Assembly (NCBI GenBank): GCA_014905635.1
Contig: JABVCE010000007.1
Coordinates: forward strand, 1,426,001 to 1,490,000
Reading direction: 5' to 3'
DNA: 64,000 nucleotides
Source of the DNA: Scenedesmus sp. PABB004
Lineage: Eukaryota
The notes under the pieces: generated by a model
What the model was told of the DNA's origin: nothing
What the model saw: the letters and a program-made list of their open reading frames with translations, nothing else
Databases searched by the model: none
In this document: positions 1-12,509 of the stretch, one piece after another
How the letters are laid out: the number at the start of each line of letters is the position of its first letter
How positions within the stretch are numbered: position 1 is the first letter of the stretch
Translations under genes and position numbers: made by a program

Positions 1-268
1 GCGCGGCAGCGGCTCGGGGAGCCGCCGCCGCGCGCCGCTCCCAGCACCGGCGCGCGCACGCGTGGTTATCACGCGGGCCGGCGCTGTTGATTGACCGAGG
101 CCCCCGGCGTACTTATGGTCCAGTCCGGGTTTGGGCGGGCGGCGCGGGGGCTGCTGGAGCGCGCCCCGCGCGCCGCGAGTGCCGGGCCGCACGCTGCTGC
201 AAGTTTGGAAGCTCTGGGGAGCCGCCCAAAAGGGAGAGGAAGAACAACGGCGCGGCGCGGCCGCCGCC

Positions 269-3200
269 TCACATGTCGCTGTGGCCCGCCGACAGGGAGA
301 GCAGAATGCCGGCCGCCGACTTGGCGCTGGCAAAGCCGGCCGCCGACTTGGCGGTGCCGTGCCCGCACACCGCCGACGCCGCGCCGCCCGTGTCGCACGT
401 CAGCGCGCCGCCGCTGCTGTGCGCGCCGCCCCTGCCGCCGCCGCGGCCGAGCTGGCGGCCCACCGACAGCAGCAGCGACACGCCGTCGGCGTCGGGGCCG
501 AGCTCCGCGCCGCCGGGCGCGTGGCTGGGGTTGTCGATGCTCGACGCGCTGTTGTCGCTGCACACCGAGGCGCTGCCGCCGCGCGACGACGCGCCGCCCA
601 TGCGGTTGCTGCGCACGCGGCTCGCCTGCTTGGACGGCGACGGGCGCGGCGGCGGCTGCGCGGCGCGAGGGCGGGGGCGGCGCGGGCAGGCGGGGGCGTC
701 AGCGGCGCCGCACGGCGAGCGAGCGCGGGGGGCGGCGCTGCGCACCGACAGTCAGTCGGTCAGGCCGCGCGCGCGCGGCGCTCACCCTGAACGCGCCGCC
801 CTCGTAGCTGCCGCCCGCGCCGCCGGTCCAGGCCCAGGCCTCGCCGCCGTCGCGGCCCTCCGACCGCGCGGCGTGGTGGCCGCTGCTGCTGCCGCCGCCG
901 CCCCGCGCCCGCTTGTGGGGCGGCTGCGGGTACCCGGGCGGGAGGCTGCTGCCGTGCTTGGCGCCGCGGGGCGCGCGGGCGTTGGGGTCGAGCAGCCCCA
1001 CCTCGCCAAACGTGGCCGCCGCGTCCTGCCACCAGTGCACGACCGGGCGCGGAGCCGCGGCCGCCGCCGCGCGGTCCACCACCTCCTCGCCGCCGCCGCC
1101 CACGGGCGCCGCCGCCGCGGCCGCGGCGTCGGGCGCGGCGGCGCGCGCCGGCCCCGCGCCGGCGAGCATGCCCGGCACGGCCGCGCCCGCCGCGTCGGCG
1201 CCCGCGCGCGCCGCGCCGCCGGCGGCGCCGTAGTGCGTGGCCATCCAGTATGCGTGCGCGTCAAACGGCGCGCCCGGCAGCGCCCCGCCCCCGCCGCCGG
1301 CGAGGAAGCGCGAGGCAAAGCCGGGCGCGATCTGGGGCATGGGGCGGAACATGTTGAGCCCTGCGGCCGCCGCGGCGGCGAGGCCCGCCGCCGTGGCGTC
1401 CACGGCCGCGACCGCCTCCTGCTGCTGCTGCTGCTGGAGCTGGTGATACTGCTGCTGCTGCTGCTGGTGCTGCGCGGCCGCGGCCGCCGCGTGCTGCGCC
1501 GCCTGCTCCGGCAGCATGGGCGGCGGCGGCGGCATCGCGAGCTGCTGCTGCGCGGCCGCGCCGCGCCAGCTGCCCGGCGCGGCCGCCAGCGGCGGCCGCC
1601 CCGAGCGCTGGCCGGGGCTGCCGCCCGCGTGCCGTGCCGCGCCGGCGTCGCCCGCCACTGCGGGCCCGCCCAGCAGCCCGCTGGCGCGGCGCTTGGGCGG
1701 CTGCCGCCGCTGCCGCTGCTGCTGCTGCTGCTGCTGCGACGCGGGCGCGTCGTCGTCTCCGCCAACCTGCACCGTCTCCTCGCCCGACAGCGCCGGCGCG
1801 GCGCCGCCGCCGCCCGCCGCCGCTGCCGCGCCGGCGGTGCCGCCGCCGCTGCGCTTGCCGCCGGCGAAGCACATGGGCGTCGGGCGGAGCAGCCCCGGCG
1901 CCGCCCCCGCGCGCAGGTAGTAGCGCGCCGGGTTGAGCGCGGCGCAGTCGCAGCTCGCCGGCGGCGGCACCGCGCCGCGCACCGTCGCGGGCAGGTTGGC
2001 CAGCAGCACCGCGTGGATGCGCAGCGCCGCCACCGCCGCGGCGCCGCGGTCGTCGCCCGCCACGGGCCGCTCGCCCGCCAGCAGCTGCGGCGGCCCCTCG
2101 CCGCCCGCCAGGGGCGCAGCCGCGGCCGCGGCCGCCGCGCAGCCGCCGCTGTCGCCGGGCGCCGCGCCAGACGCGGAGCCGCCGCCCTGCTGCCGGCTCT
2201 GCGAGGTCGCGAGCTGCGCCAGCGCGTCGGCCGCGTACGCGCGCGTGAGCGCGGCGTGCTCGTCGTCCAGCTCCGCCGTCGCGGCCGCCTGGACGCGCGA
2301 CAGGCGGTGCAGCTCGTACAGCTGCGCCACAAACGTCTCCTGCTGGCGCATGAGCAGCGCGCGGATGCTAAAAAACGCGCGGTCGCCGAGCGCCGCGCGC
2401 ATCGCGCGCGGCGAGCACTGCTCGTGCGCGTCGCCGCCGCGGGGCGGCGGCGTGCGGAGCGGCGGCAGCGCCGCCGCCTCCGCCGCGGCCGCCAGCTGCT
2501 GGTGGTGGTGGTGCTGCTGCTGCTGCGAGCTGTGCGCCGCGGCGGCCTGGAGCAGCGCCTGCTGCTGCATCTGCTGCTGCATCTGCTGCTGCTGCTGCAG
2601 CAGCATCTGCTGCGCCGACTGCACGAACGCCGCGGGCGACATTGCCGCAAGCACCGCGCCGCCGCCGGGCAGCACGTAGCCGCCGGCGCTGAAGCTGCCG
2701 CCCGAGGCCGCCGGCGCCGGCGCGCCGGCGCTGTAGCTGAAGCTCGTGCGGCGCTGCGGCGCGCGGTGCAGGCCGCCGCCGCCGCCGCCGCCGCCGCGCC
2801 GCCGCGCGGGCGCGGCCGCCGGCGGGGCGCTGTCGGCGTGCTGGTCGCCGCCGCGCTGCAGCATGCGGCGCACCACGTCGTCGGGATTGGCCGGCGCGTG
2901 CGCCTGCGCCAGCTGCGCCGCCGGCCAGCCGCCGCCGGCGCACGCGCTGTCGGCGGCGCCGCCGCCGCACGTGCCGCCGCCGCTGAACCAGGTCACCGTG
3001 TCGCCGCCGCCGCCCGTGCGCTGCTGCCGGCCCGAGCTCGACGCCTCGCCGCCGCCGCCGCCGGCGCCGGTCGCGGCGGGCGACTCCGCGCCCGCGAACG
3101 CCCCCGCCGCGTCGGGGCCGCCTGCTGCCGCTGGTGCGCAGGCGACGCTGGCATCCCCGGGCAGGCAGAACGCCGCCGCCGGCAGCACGCCGCCGCCGAA

Positions 3201-3859
3201 GCAGACCTGCCCCGCCGCCGCCGCGAGCGGGAAGACGCCGTAGGGCGTGCTCACCTGCGGGTGTGCGGGCAGGGGCAAGGGGCGGGCGGGCGTCGGGCCA
3301 GGCAGGGGCCGCATGCCCATGATAAAGGGGCTATCTGTCCCGGCGCGCTGCGCCCCCGCGCGCGGCCCTGCAGCGCCGGGCGCTGCGCTGACGCCGCGCC
3401 CGCGCCCAGATTCGGGCGCCCGGCCCTGATCGCGGCGCGGCGCGCCCGGATGCGGGGCGGGGGCGCGGGCATCGGCCCCGCCCGGCGCGCCCCGGCGCCC
3501 TCCGGGGCGCCCGCGGCGCGCCCGGGCCAGCGCCGCGGCAGCCCGACGGCCACACGCCAGGGCGGGGCGCGGGGCTGCGCCTGCGCGCGCAGCTGCCGGC
3601 CACGCAAGGCGCCCAGCCCGGCCGGCCCCGGCCCCCGCGCGCGGCGCCGGCCCGCGCGGCGCGTCCGCGACCCCCCGCTCACCATGCCACCGCCCCAGGC
3701 GCCGCCGTCCAGGCCGCAGCCGGTCGCCAGCAGGGTCGGGCCGGCCAGCGCGACCGCGCCGGGGCCGCCCGTGAGGCACCCCGCGCCGCTGCCATCGTGT
3801 CCAATGCGCCGCGCGCCGCCCGGCGGGCCCGGACCCGCGAGGGGCGCGGCGCCCAGCAT
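269..3859 (-). CDS. ELF3-like (EARLY FLOWERING 3 / CETL-like) protein with polyQ tracts; exons approx. 3859-3683, 3254-786, 625-269
   Basis: SPRAMRAALGDRAFFSIRALLMRQQETFVAQLYELHRLSRVQ resembles ELF3 conserved block II (QQxVFAVQxFELHRLIKVQ). The C-terminal SAAGILLSL resembles block IV. Phase-0 GT-AG introns join the three exons in frame. Exon 1 and the start codon are less certain. Confidence 0.75.
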
Positions 3860-4312
3860 CGCTGTTTGCGGGCGCGCTAGAGGTCGCTGCCCATGCCGCG
3901 CCTTCACTTTTGGGAGTTGCTCTGTGCTGCTGAGGTCGTGGGGCGCGCGTGGAATGGCGCCCGTGACCGCGGCGGCGCGGGGTGCAAATCATTGCAGTCT
4001 GTCAAATCTGGCAGTTGCAAATATCTTCGGAGCTCGCCCCTCGCGACCGCCCAGCGCGCCGCCACCCCGGTGGACGTCGCGGTCGGCGCTGCGCCGCGGG
4101 GGCCTCGACGCAGGCCCGGCGTGACGGCGGGCGCTGCGTTCGCATGGGGCGGGCGCGTCGGCGGCGGCGCGCGCCGGGGCCGCTGGCCGGTGCGGGCTCG
4201 CGCGCTGGCCACCGCCGAGCGGGGCGTGCCTGGCGGCTGCACGCCGGACCCGTGCGCTCTGCCTGCGAGAGGGCCGTGCTGTCACAAGCCGCGCGGGCGC
4301 CCGCGGCTCCGC

Positions 4313-7235
4313 TCAGTGCCCGCCACCGAGGGAAGTGCTGCTCGCGCGCGGTCCGCCCGCCTCGGCGCCGCCGCCGGCGACGCAGCCGAGCAGGCCGTGG
4401 CCGTGCAGCAGCTGCCCGATCGCCAGCACCAGCTCCTCCGCGTCAAACGCGACCCCGCCGCCGTCGGCGTCGGGCGTGGCGGCGACCTCCAGCACCGCGG
4501 CGACGCCGAGCAGCTCCAGCGCCGAGCGGTCGACCTCGATCACGCCGCCGCGCGGCACGAGCAGGCAGGTCACGTACGCGGACGGCGGCTGCCGCAGCGG
4601 CGTGCCCTGCCGGCTGCGCCGCCGGTTGAGCGCGTCCGTGACCGCCTGCACCACGTCGCTCGCGCGCATCGGCCCGCCGTGCGCGCCCGCGGCCGCGGTC
4701 TCGCGGTCGTGGGAGCCGTTGAGCAGCAGGACCTGCGCGGGCGGGGCGGGGCGGTACGGGAGGGTCAGCGGGGTCAGCAGCAGGGGTCAGCGGGGCCAGC
4801 AGCAGGGGTCAGGGCCTGGCGCGCGCCGCCGCGGCCCGCCTTTGGGATGTCGCCGCGCGCCGCGATGGCCTCGCCCACGCCGTCGAGGATGAGCCCCGGG
4901 GCGATGCTGGTGAAGAGGCTGCGCCGCGGGGCAGGCGCGCCGGGCGGGGGCGTGAGCAGGGGTCGCTGGGCCCGGCGCCGCGGCCAGGCGGCGCACGCAG
5001 AGCGCGAGGGGCCCGGCGCAGCGCCGGAGGCCCGGCGGCGGCGCGCGCGGTCTCCCTCCCTCCTCCCTCCCTCCCTCCCTCCCTCCCTCCGCTCCCTCCG
5101 CTCCCTCCCTCCGCTCCCTCCGCTCCCTCCCACCTGCCCATGCCGTAGATGATCGCGTCGGCCGCGCGGATGTCCGCCAGCACGCGCGGGTTGGGCGGCG
5201 GGCTGACCTCGTGCTCCTGGCCTGCGCCCCGGCGCGGCGCGAGGGGCGGCGTTCGGCGCGCGGCGCGAGGCGCGCGGCGCGAGGGGCAGCGCGGCGTTTG
5301 GGAGGGCCCGGCGAGGGCGGCGGCCGCGCACCCGTGCCCTCGCGTGAGAGGTAGAAGACGCGGCGGATGGGCGACGGCAGCGGCACAAACGCGCGCGACT
5401 TGTCGACCTGCGACGGCCCGCCTGCGCGCCCGCCGGCGGCGCCGGCGTGGGCGCCGTGCGGCGGCGTGGGCGCAGTGCGCCGGCGCTGGCAGCGCGGCGT
5501 GGGCGCCGCAACGCCGTGCGGCGCCGTGCGGCGCGGCGCGGCGCGGCGCGCGGCGCGCACCGTCGTCGCCGTGCGCGGCGCTGCCGGCGCCACCGCTGCT
5601 GCTGGCGCCGCCGGGGCGGGTGTCCGGGTGCGAGATGTTGTTCTGGCCGCGCAGCACGGTGCCGTCCTCGAGCTCCGCGCCGAGGGTGATGACCTCCTCC
5701 GTGCAGATCGCGGGCAGCACGGTGGAGCCCTCGGGGATGCGCGACACGCGGCTGCGGCGGCGGCGACGCGGCGGCGCGGGAGGGGCGCGCAGGGGTGGGA
5801 GGGGGCCCGGGCCGCGCGGCGCGGCGTGGACGAGGGTGCGGCGCGGCGCGCGGTGCGGGCCGGGGGCGCTGCAGCGCGCTGCACCTGAAGAGGAACACTG
5901 CGCTCTCGAGCGACCGGAAAAAGGTGCGCGCGCCGGCGAAGAAAAAGTTGCCTGCCGGGGCGCGGCGCGCGCGGCGCTGCGGCCGTGGGCGAAGCGCGAC
6001 GCGGCGCGGCGCGGCGCTGCCCCCCGCCCCCCTGCCCCACAGCGCCTGCCCAGGCGGCGCCGCACCGATGCTGCCGTTGCGGAAGTCAAAGTCGTGCGAG
6101 GGCTGGCTGAGGATCTGGAGCTGGAAGTGGACCAGGAAGGAGCGGATCATGTGCTTGTACGGCTCGCTCACGCCGCCCCACAGCGCGTGGCGGCCCTCCA
6201 CGATCTCGTACCACTCCACCTTGGCGCCGCGCCGCTCGCCGCCAGGCAGGCGGTACGCGAGCAGCCGCCGCACCGCGCGCGCCTGCGCGGGCGCAGGCGC
6301 GGGCGCGGGCGCAGGCGCGGGGACGGGCGGGCGTTGGCGGCTGCCGCCGCCGGCCTGGCCGGCCCGCCGCCCCCCCCCCCCCCCCCCCCCGCCGCTGTGC
6401 TCCCTGCCCCCAGCGCTCCCCGGGCGGGCGCACCTCCTCGTCCCGGTTGTCGGCGAGGCGCAGGCAGCGCGAGCGGATGTCGCCGACCGCGGGGCCGCCG
6501 ATCACGCGCACGATCTCGGCGGTGCTGCCGCCGTCGTCGCTGACCGGCAGCACGTGCGACACGCGCGTCGTCAGCCGGCGCAGCGGGCCTGCGGCGCGGC
6601 GCCGGCGTGCGGGCGGCTGAGTGCAGCGCGGCGCAGCGCGGCAGGGGCGCCGCTGCTGCGCCGGGCGGTCCACCGCCGCGGGTGCGGCGCCGCACCCGCG
6701 ACGCTGTTGAACGCGGTGCCGCCGCTGAACACGACGAGGCTCGGGCACGCGAGCTCCGTTTGCAGCGACACCGTGCTGCAGCGCGGCAGCCGCCGTCCGG
6801 CGCCGCCGTCCAGCGGCGCGCCCACGGCGTCTAGCATCGGCAGCAGCTGTTCCGGCACCGGCATGGCGCCGCTGCCATCCGGCGCGGGCCCGTCCGCGAC
6901 CGCTGCGGCGGCGGACGCGCGGCGGACGCGGCGGTGGGGTGGCGTTCGCGGCGGCGGGCGCCGCCAGGGAAGAGCATGGCACTGCTGCGCAGCCGCCGGC
7001 GGCGCCGCGGGACGCCGCACAGGCGCGGGCGCGCCGGCAGCAGCGGCGCCGCTGCTGCGCGCCGCGCCGCCGCACCTGTCCCGCAGAGTTCGCGCAGCAG
7101 GCTATGGTCGTCCTCCCGCAGGCTGGAGCAGCTCAGGCGCCGTGAGCGCGCCCCAGCGCGCGCGGGGCGGGGGCAGAACGGCACCGAGCGCGCGCTTGGC
7201 GCTGCCGCTGCCCGGGCGGGGCGCGCGCTACGCAT
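4313..7235 (-). CDS. CofD/UPF0052 (YvcK-like, MEE18-like) family protein, multi-exon
   Basis: Motifs LVVFSGGTAFN, HVLPVSDDGGST, GGPAVGDIRSRCLRL, FDFRNGSIGNFFFAGAR, LRGQNNISHP and ADAIIYGMGSLFTSI. Start codon uncertain. Confidence 0.85.
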
Positions 7236-7473
7236 CGTCGTTGCGCCAAGAGGGTCTGACGCTGACGCGGTGGGCGAGGGCAGTCACCCAGGACGCGGGA
7301 GCGCGCGGGCGCTGGGCGGGCGCGGCTGGTCGTGCGTCTGCAGCAATTGCAGCTCGATCCAGGGCGCACTGCGCACGGCAGAGCGCAAGACGATCACCAC
7401 CAGCGCCAGCAGCAGCCGGCGGCGGCGGTCAGCGCACGAGCGCGCGCGAAGCTCCAAAATATTCTGCGCGCCA

Positions 7474-8841
7474 CTACTCCTGCTCCCGCGCCTGCGCCGG
7501 CTGCGGCCTGCCGCCGCCGCCGCCGCCGCCGGCACCCTTGGGCGGCGGCCGCCACGTGAGCGCGCGCGGCGGCGACCCGCCGCGCCGCGCGCCGCGCTCG
7601 CCGCGCTCGCCGCCGCCGGCCCGCTCGCCGCCCTCGTCGCCGCCGCCGTCCGCGCCGTCGCCGCTGCCATCACCACCGCCGCCGCCGCCGCCGCCGGCGC
7701 CGCGGTCGTCCATGTCCTTCAGGCTCAGGCGCACAAAGCCCTTTGCGTCGCGGCCCTTGCACAGCACGTCGAGCTCCTGGCCCTCCGCCACGACGTCGCG
7801 CGCCTCCCGGATCTTGGCGTGGCTCAGCTCGCTCACGTGCAGCAGCGCGGGCAGGCCGTTGGGCAGCGCCACGTACGCACCAAAGTCGACGACGCGCAGC
7901 ACGCGCACGCGGTACACCTGCGCCGGGCGCTGCTCAGTCGGACGGCGCGCGCCGCGGGAGCCACGCCCTCTCCCCGGCCCCCGCGGCGCCGCGGCGCGCG
8001 CGGCCGCAGCGCGCGGCGCGCGGCGAGGCGCAGGGCGCGCGGCCGCAGCGCACCTGGCCGGCCACGAGGCCGCGGCCCTCGACCTCGCCGACCGCCGCGA
8101 GCGCGTGCGCGTAGGCCGCGCCGCTGGGCGCGTAGATCGTGACGCCGCCGCCGTCGTCCACCAGCAGCGCCGCGCCGCACGCGTCTTCAATCTCAGCCAG
8201 CGTCGAGCCCTGCCGGGCGGGGGGAGGGGCGGCGCGCGGCGCGCCGTGCTCGCTCCCACTCCGCGCACGCAGAGGCACATACGAGCGCGCACGCGCGCCG
8301 CATCCCACCTGGGGTCCGATGAGGCGGGGGACCAGCTCCTTCATGATCTCCACGCTGCCGTGCTGCGGCGCCTCGCCGGGCCCGAGCCCCGCCTCAAACG
8401 CACCCGCCGCGGCGCCCATGGCGCGCAGCAGCGCCGCGCGCGCGGCGGCCGCGGGGCGCAGCGCCGCCGCGAGCAGCGAGAGGTCCACGCCCGGCAGCTT
8501 GGTGTCGAGCTGCGCTGCGGTGATGCCGGCCGACGTGCCCGCGACCTGGCGGCGGCGGCGGCGGTGGCGGCGCGGGCGCGGGGCGCGCGCAGCCTCGGTC
8601 GCCGCCGCAGCGCGCCGCATGTGGCGCCCGCGGCGGCCTGCCAGGGCGGTGCAGCTGGCCGAGTGCGCTGCTGCGCGCTCCCACATGCCCATACCGCGCC
8701 CACAGTCACCTTGAAGTCCATGTCCCCCAGGTGGTCCTCAATGCCCTGAATGTCGCCCAGCAGCAGCGCCGCGCCGTAGCTGCTCGGCAGCGGCCCGCCG
8801 CCGGCACCGGCGCCGGCGTCGCTGCTGGCGGCTTCGCTGGC

Positions 8842-8911
<70 letters not shown>

Positions 8912-11590
8912 CCACTGCCGTCCTCGGCGTCACTCTGCTCGCCGTCCGATGCCTCAGCCATGGCACCCGCCGCCGCTGCTGCGCCGGGGTGCATCACGTG
9001 GGCGCTGAAGCTCGCCGGCGCCCCGGGCTCGCCGGCGCGCGCCTCGCCGCCGCCGGGCGCGAGGCGCTCCAGCTGCGGCGGCGCCGCGGTGACGAGCCCG
9101 ACCGATATGCCCGCCGCCAGGGCCCGCAGCGGCACGCCCGCCGCGCGCAGCGCGAGCGCGCCGGCGCAGACCGCGGCCATGCTGCTGCTGCCGCTGCTGG
9201 CGAGCGTGTCGGCGGTCACGCGCACGGTGAACGGAAAGTCGTCCTCCGCCGGCATCAGCCCCGCCAGCGCGGCGCGCGCGAGGTTGCCGTGCCCCAGCTC
9301 GCGCCGGTTGGGCGGGCCCGCCTTGCCGAGCTCGCCCACGCTGAAGGGCGGGAAGGCATAATGCAGGTGCAGCCGCGCCGCGCCGCCGGCCCCGCCGCCG
9401 CTGCGGCTGAACAGCGTCTCCACCTGCGGTGCGGCGCGCGGCGCGGCGCGGGAGCGCGGCACGGCGGCCGCGTGAGATTGGAGGGTTTAACATTGAGCCC
9501 TGGGCGCACGGAACGGGGCGCCGCCAAGAGGCGCGGCGCGCACCGGGCCGACGTCGCGGTCGTGGCCCACGGTGGCGGTGGCGAGGCTCTGAGTCTCGCC
9601 GCGCGTGAAGAGGCCCGAGCCGTGCACCACGCGCGGCAGCGGCCCCGCCTCGCAGCTGATGGGCCGCAGCTGCTCCGGCGCGCGCCCGTCGACGCGGCGC
9701 CCGCCCTGCGGCGCGGCGCGGCGCGGCGTGGCGGGTCAGCACATCGCACGCGCCGCCGCCTGCGCGGCGGCGGCGGCCGCCGCCGCCGGCGCGCACCTGC
9801 AGCAGCTGCTGCCGCATGACGCGGCTCTGCAGCGCATCAAACGCCCGCAGCGCGTCCTCTTTGCTCGCCAGCCCCGCCGCCGCCGCGCCGGCCGGGCTCG
9901 TCTGCTCGTCGGCCAGCAGCCCCTGGCGCGCCAGGTCGACCAGGAGCCGGTGCTTCAGCGCGGTCAGCCCCGCCGCGCGCGCCAGCTTGTCGCCGGCGGC
10001 GCCCGGCTCGCTCGCGCCGGCGGCGGCACCAAACAGCTGCTGCAGCGGCTGCTCCGCCAGCTGCTGCACCGCCAGCACCAGCTGCTGGCTCGGCCACAGC
10101 AGCGGCAGTGCCGCCGCCTGCTGCCGCACCGCCGCGGCCGCCAGCGCCGCCACCGGGTTGGCACTGGCGCCGCCGCCGCCACCAGCAGCGCGCGCCGCCG
10201 CCGCCGCCGCTGCCAGCGCCTGCTGCGCGGAAATGAGCGGCGCGGTGGCCTGCGCAGCCCGGAGCATGGCGCGCACAAACGCAGCGTCCGACACCTGGGG
10301 CGCACGGCGGCGGCGGCCGCCGCATGCGCCGTGAGCGCGGCCAGGGAGCGCTGCCGCGCGCCCGCGCTGTGTGGCGGCGGCGCGCGCGCGGCGGCCGCCC
10401 CACCTGGCTCGCCGTCGCTTCAATGGCCGTGGCCTTGTGGGGGCTGCCAGCGTAGGTCAGGGACAGCAGCGCGCTGGGCTCGCCAGCTGGCGCGACCGGC
10501 GGGTTGATCCGCACGCGGCTGCCTGGCCGCCGCAGGCTGGCCTTGACGGCGCTGCGCGGCGGGGCGGTGGGGGGGCCGAGGCGCGGCACGGGGCTCGGCC
10601 CGGGCGCGGCGGCGCTGGGCCTGGGGCTTGGCGCGCGGCCGCGGCAGGCCGCGCCGCGCCGGCACCCCCGCTCACCCGACTGGGCAGCTGAACGGCACCT
10701 CGGCCGCCAGCAGCAGCGCCGCGCTGGCTGCGTTCACCGCGACCACCTCCGGATCGATGCCGCCGTCCGCCGCGAGCACCTGGCACCACACCTGCGGGCG
10801 CGCGCCGTCGGCGGCGGCGGCGGCGGTCGGCGCGCCCACTCGGCCACACCTGCACAGCAGCGCCGCGCGGCCGGGGGCGCGACCGGGGGCGCGGCGGCGG
10901 CACCTGGGTGTCATAGAGGAACCCTGGCGGCAGCAGCGGCCGCAGCGCCCGGTCGACCAGGCGGCCGGCGAGCACCTCGCGCTCCGTGCCGGCCCGCTCG
11001 CGCCGGTCCGGCCGGCTCGGCAGGCGGCCCGCGGCGGACAGCCGCTCCCGGTACTCCACCTGCGGCCGCCGGTGGCGGCGGCGCGCGGGCGCGGCGTGGG
11101 TGCGCCGCCGCTGCTGGCGCGGGCGCCGCGGCGGGGCGCGCGGGCGGGCGGGCGGACGGCGCGCCGCGCCTGCAGCGGCACGCTGTCCGCCTCGGGCTGC
11201 GGCGTGGGGTCCACCACGGCCGTGCTCAGCACGCTCGTGCCCCCGACCGTCACCACGCACGAGCCGTGCGCGAGGCCCGCCAGGCGGCCCGTCTCAAACG
11301 TCCACGCCTGGCTGCCGACCCTGGCGGTCTGCTGCAGCAGCGCGCCCGAGCCGCCGCCGCCGGCCGGCCGCTCCGCGCCGGCGTCGCTGCTCGACTGCCG
11401 CGCGGCGACCTGCGAAACGGCGGGCGGCGCTCGGCGCTGGGCGCGGGCGCGCACGGCGCCAGCCTGCCCTGCGCTGCTGGCAGGGCATGCCCCGCCCCCC
11501 CCCCCCCCCCTCTCTGCGCCGCCCCGCCGCGCACCAGCGCCAGGCGGCGGGCAGCAGCGGCAGCGGCGGCTGCCGCCGCGAGGCGCCCAT
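7474..11590 (-). CDS. PNP: Polyribonucleotide nucleotidyltransferase (PNPase), probably organellar; multi-exon
   Basis: [59 protein letters not shown] and [11 protein letters not shown], followed by KH (LIGPQG) and S1 (DFGAYV..LLHVSEL) domains. The 5' end is uncertain. Confidence 0.93.
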
Positions 11591-12509
11591 CGCGCCCTGC
11601 GAGCGGCGCAGGCGCGTCGTGAGAGTTCAGGTCTGCGTGAACGTCGTGGGGCCGCGCCGCCGCACTGCGGGCGCCCCCACACCTCGCGCGGGGAGCGCGC
11701 GCAGCAGCATCCCCGAGCAGCGGCGCGCGCCAGCGCCGTGCCGGCCCGTAGCGCCGTGCTGTGTGTGCTCCCTGTGATCGGCAGTTTGCGAGAGCGATTC
11801 GCGCCGGCGGCGGGCCGCTGCCTGCGTGTGGCGGCGTGCGGCGCGGCGCCGAGAGCGCCGGTGTCGGCCGGCGTGGTCTGAGGGGCGCGACAACTGCGCT
11901 GGGCAGCAGGTGGGCGGCGCCGGCTGCTGCGCCTTTGCATTCACGCCCGCTGGACCGCGCCCCCTGGACCGCGCTGCGCCAGCCGCGCCGGCCGCAGCAC
12001 GCGTCGCGCGCGCCGAGCGCCGCCGCTTGCGGCGTGCGCCGGCGCGCGCCGCCGCCCCCGCTGCGGCGCCGTGATGCTGCTCGGGCTGCACCCGCTGCTG
12101 GGATCAGCCGCCACGCGGCGGCTGATCGATCGGGCGCCGTCAGCGGAGCGCGCCGCCGCGCCGCCGCCGCGCGCGGCTCGGCAGCAGGCCTGCCATCAGT
12201 CCGCCGTCCCGTCGGCATCATCGGCGCTCGGCGGCGATGCAGTCGATGACCGTAACGCCGTCCGTCATGCGAATCGCCGAGCCCTGGCACGCTGCCGCTG
12301 CTCCGCTGCGGCAACGGGCATTGGCGTCGGCGCCCTCCGCTCCTCCAGACCGCCCCGCCACGCCCCCGCGCCCCGCCAGGGTTGCGCCCACCGCCCGCCG
12401 TGCTGCTGCTGCTCCCGCGGCGCGCCGGCCCCGCCCGTCCCCCCGCGCACGCCACAGCTTTCGGGCGGCGCGTGATCGCATCGCCGGCGCCGCTCCCGCG
12501 CCCAGCACC

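Noticed and set aside
87..4124. 1345-aa plus-strand ORF and the many other long Arg/Ala/Pro/Gly-rich ORFs in the track
   Set aside because: Stop codons are scarce at about 80% GC. These are antisense or off-frame shadows of real spliced genes and have no recognisable motifs.
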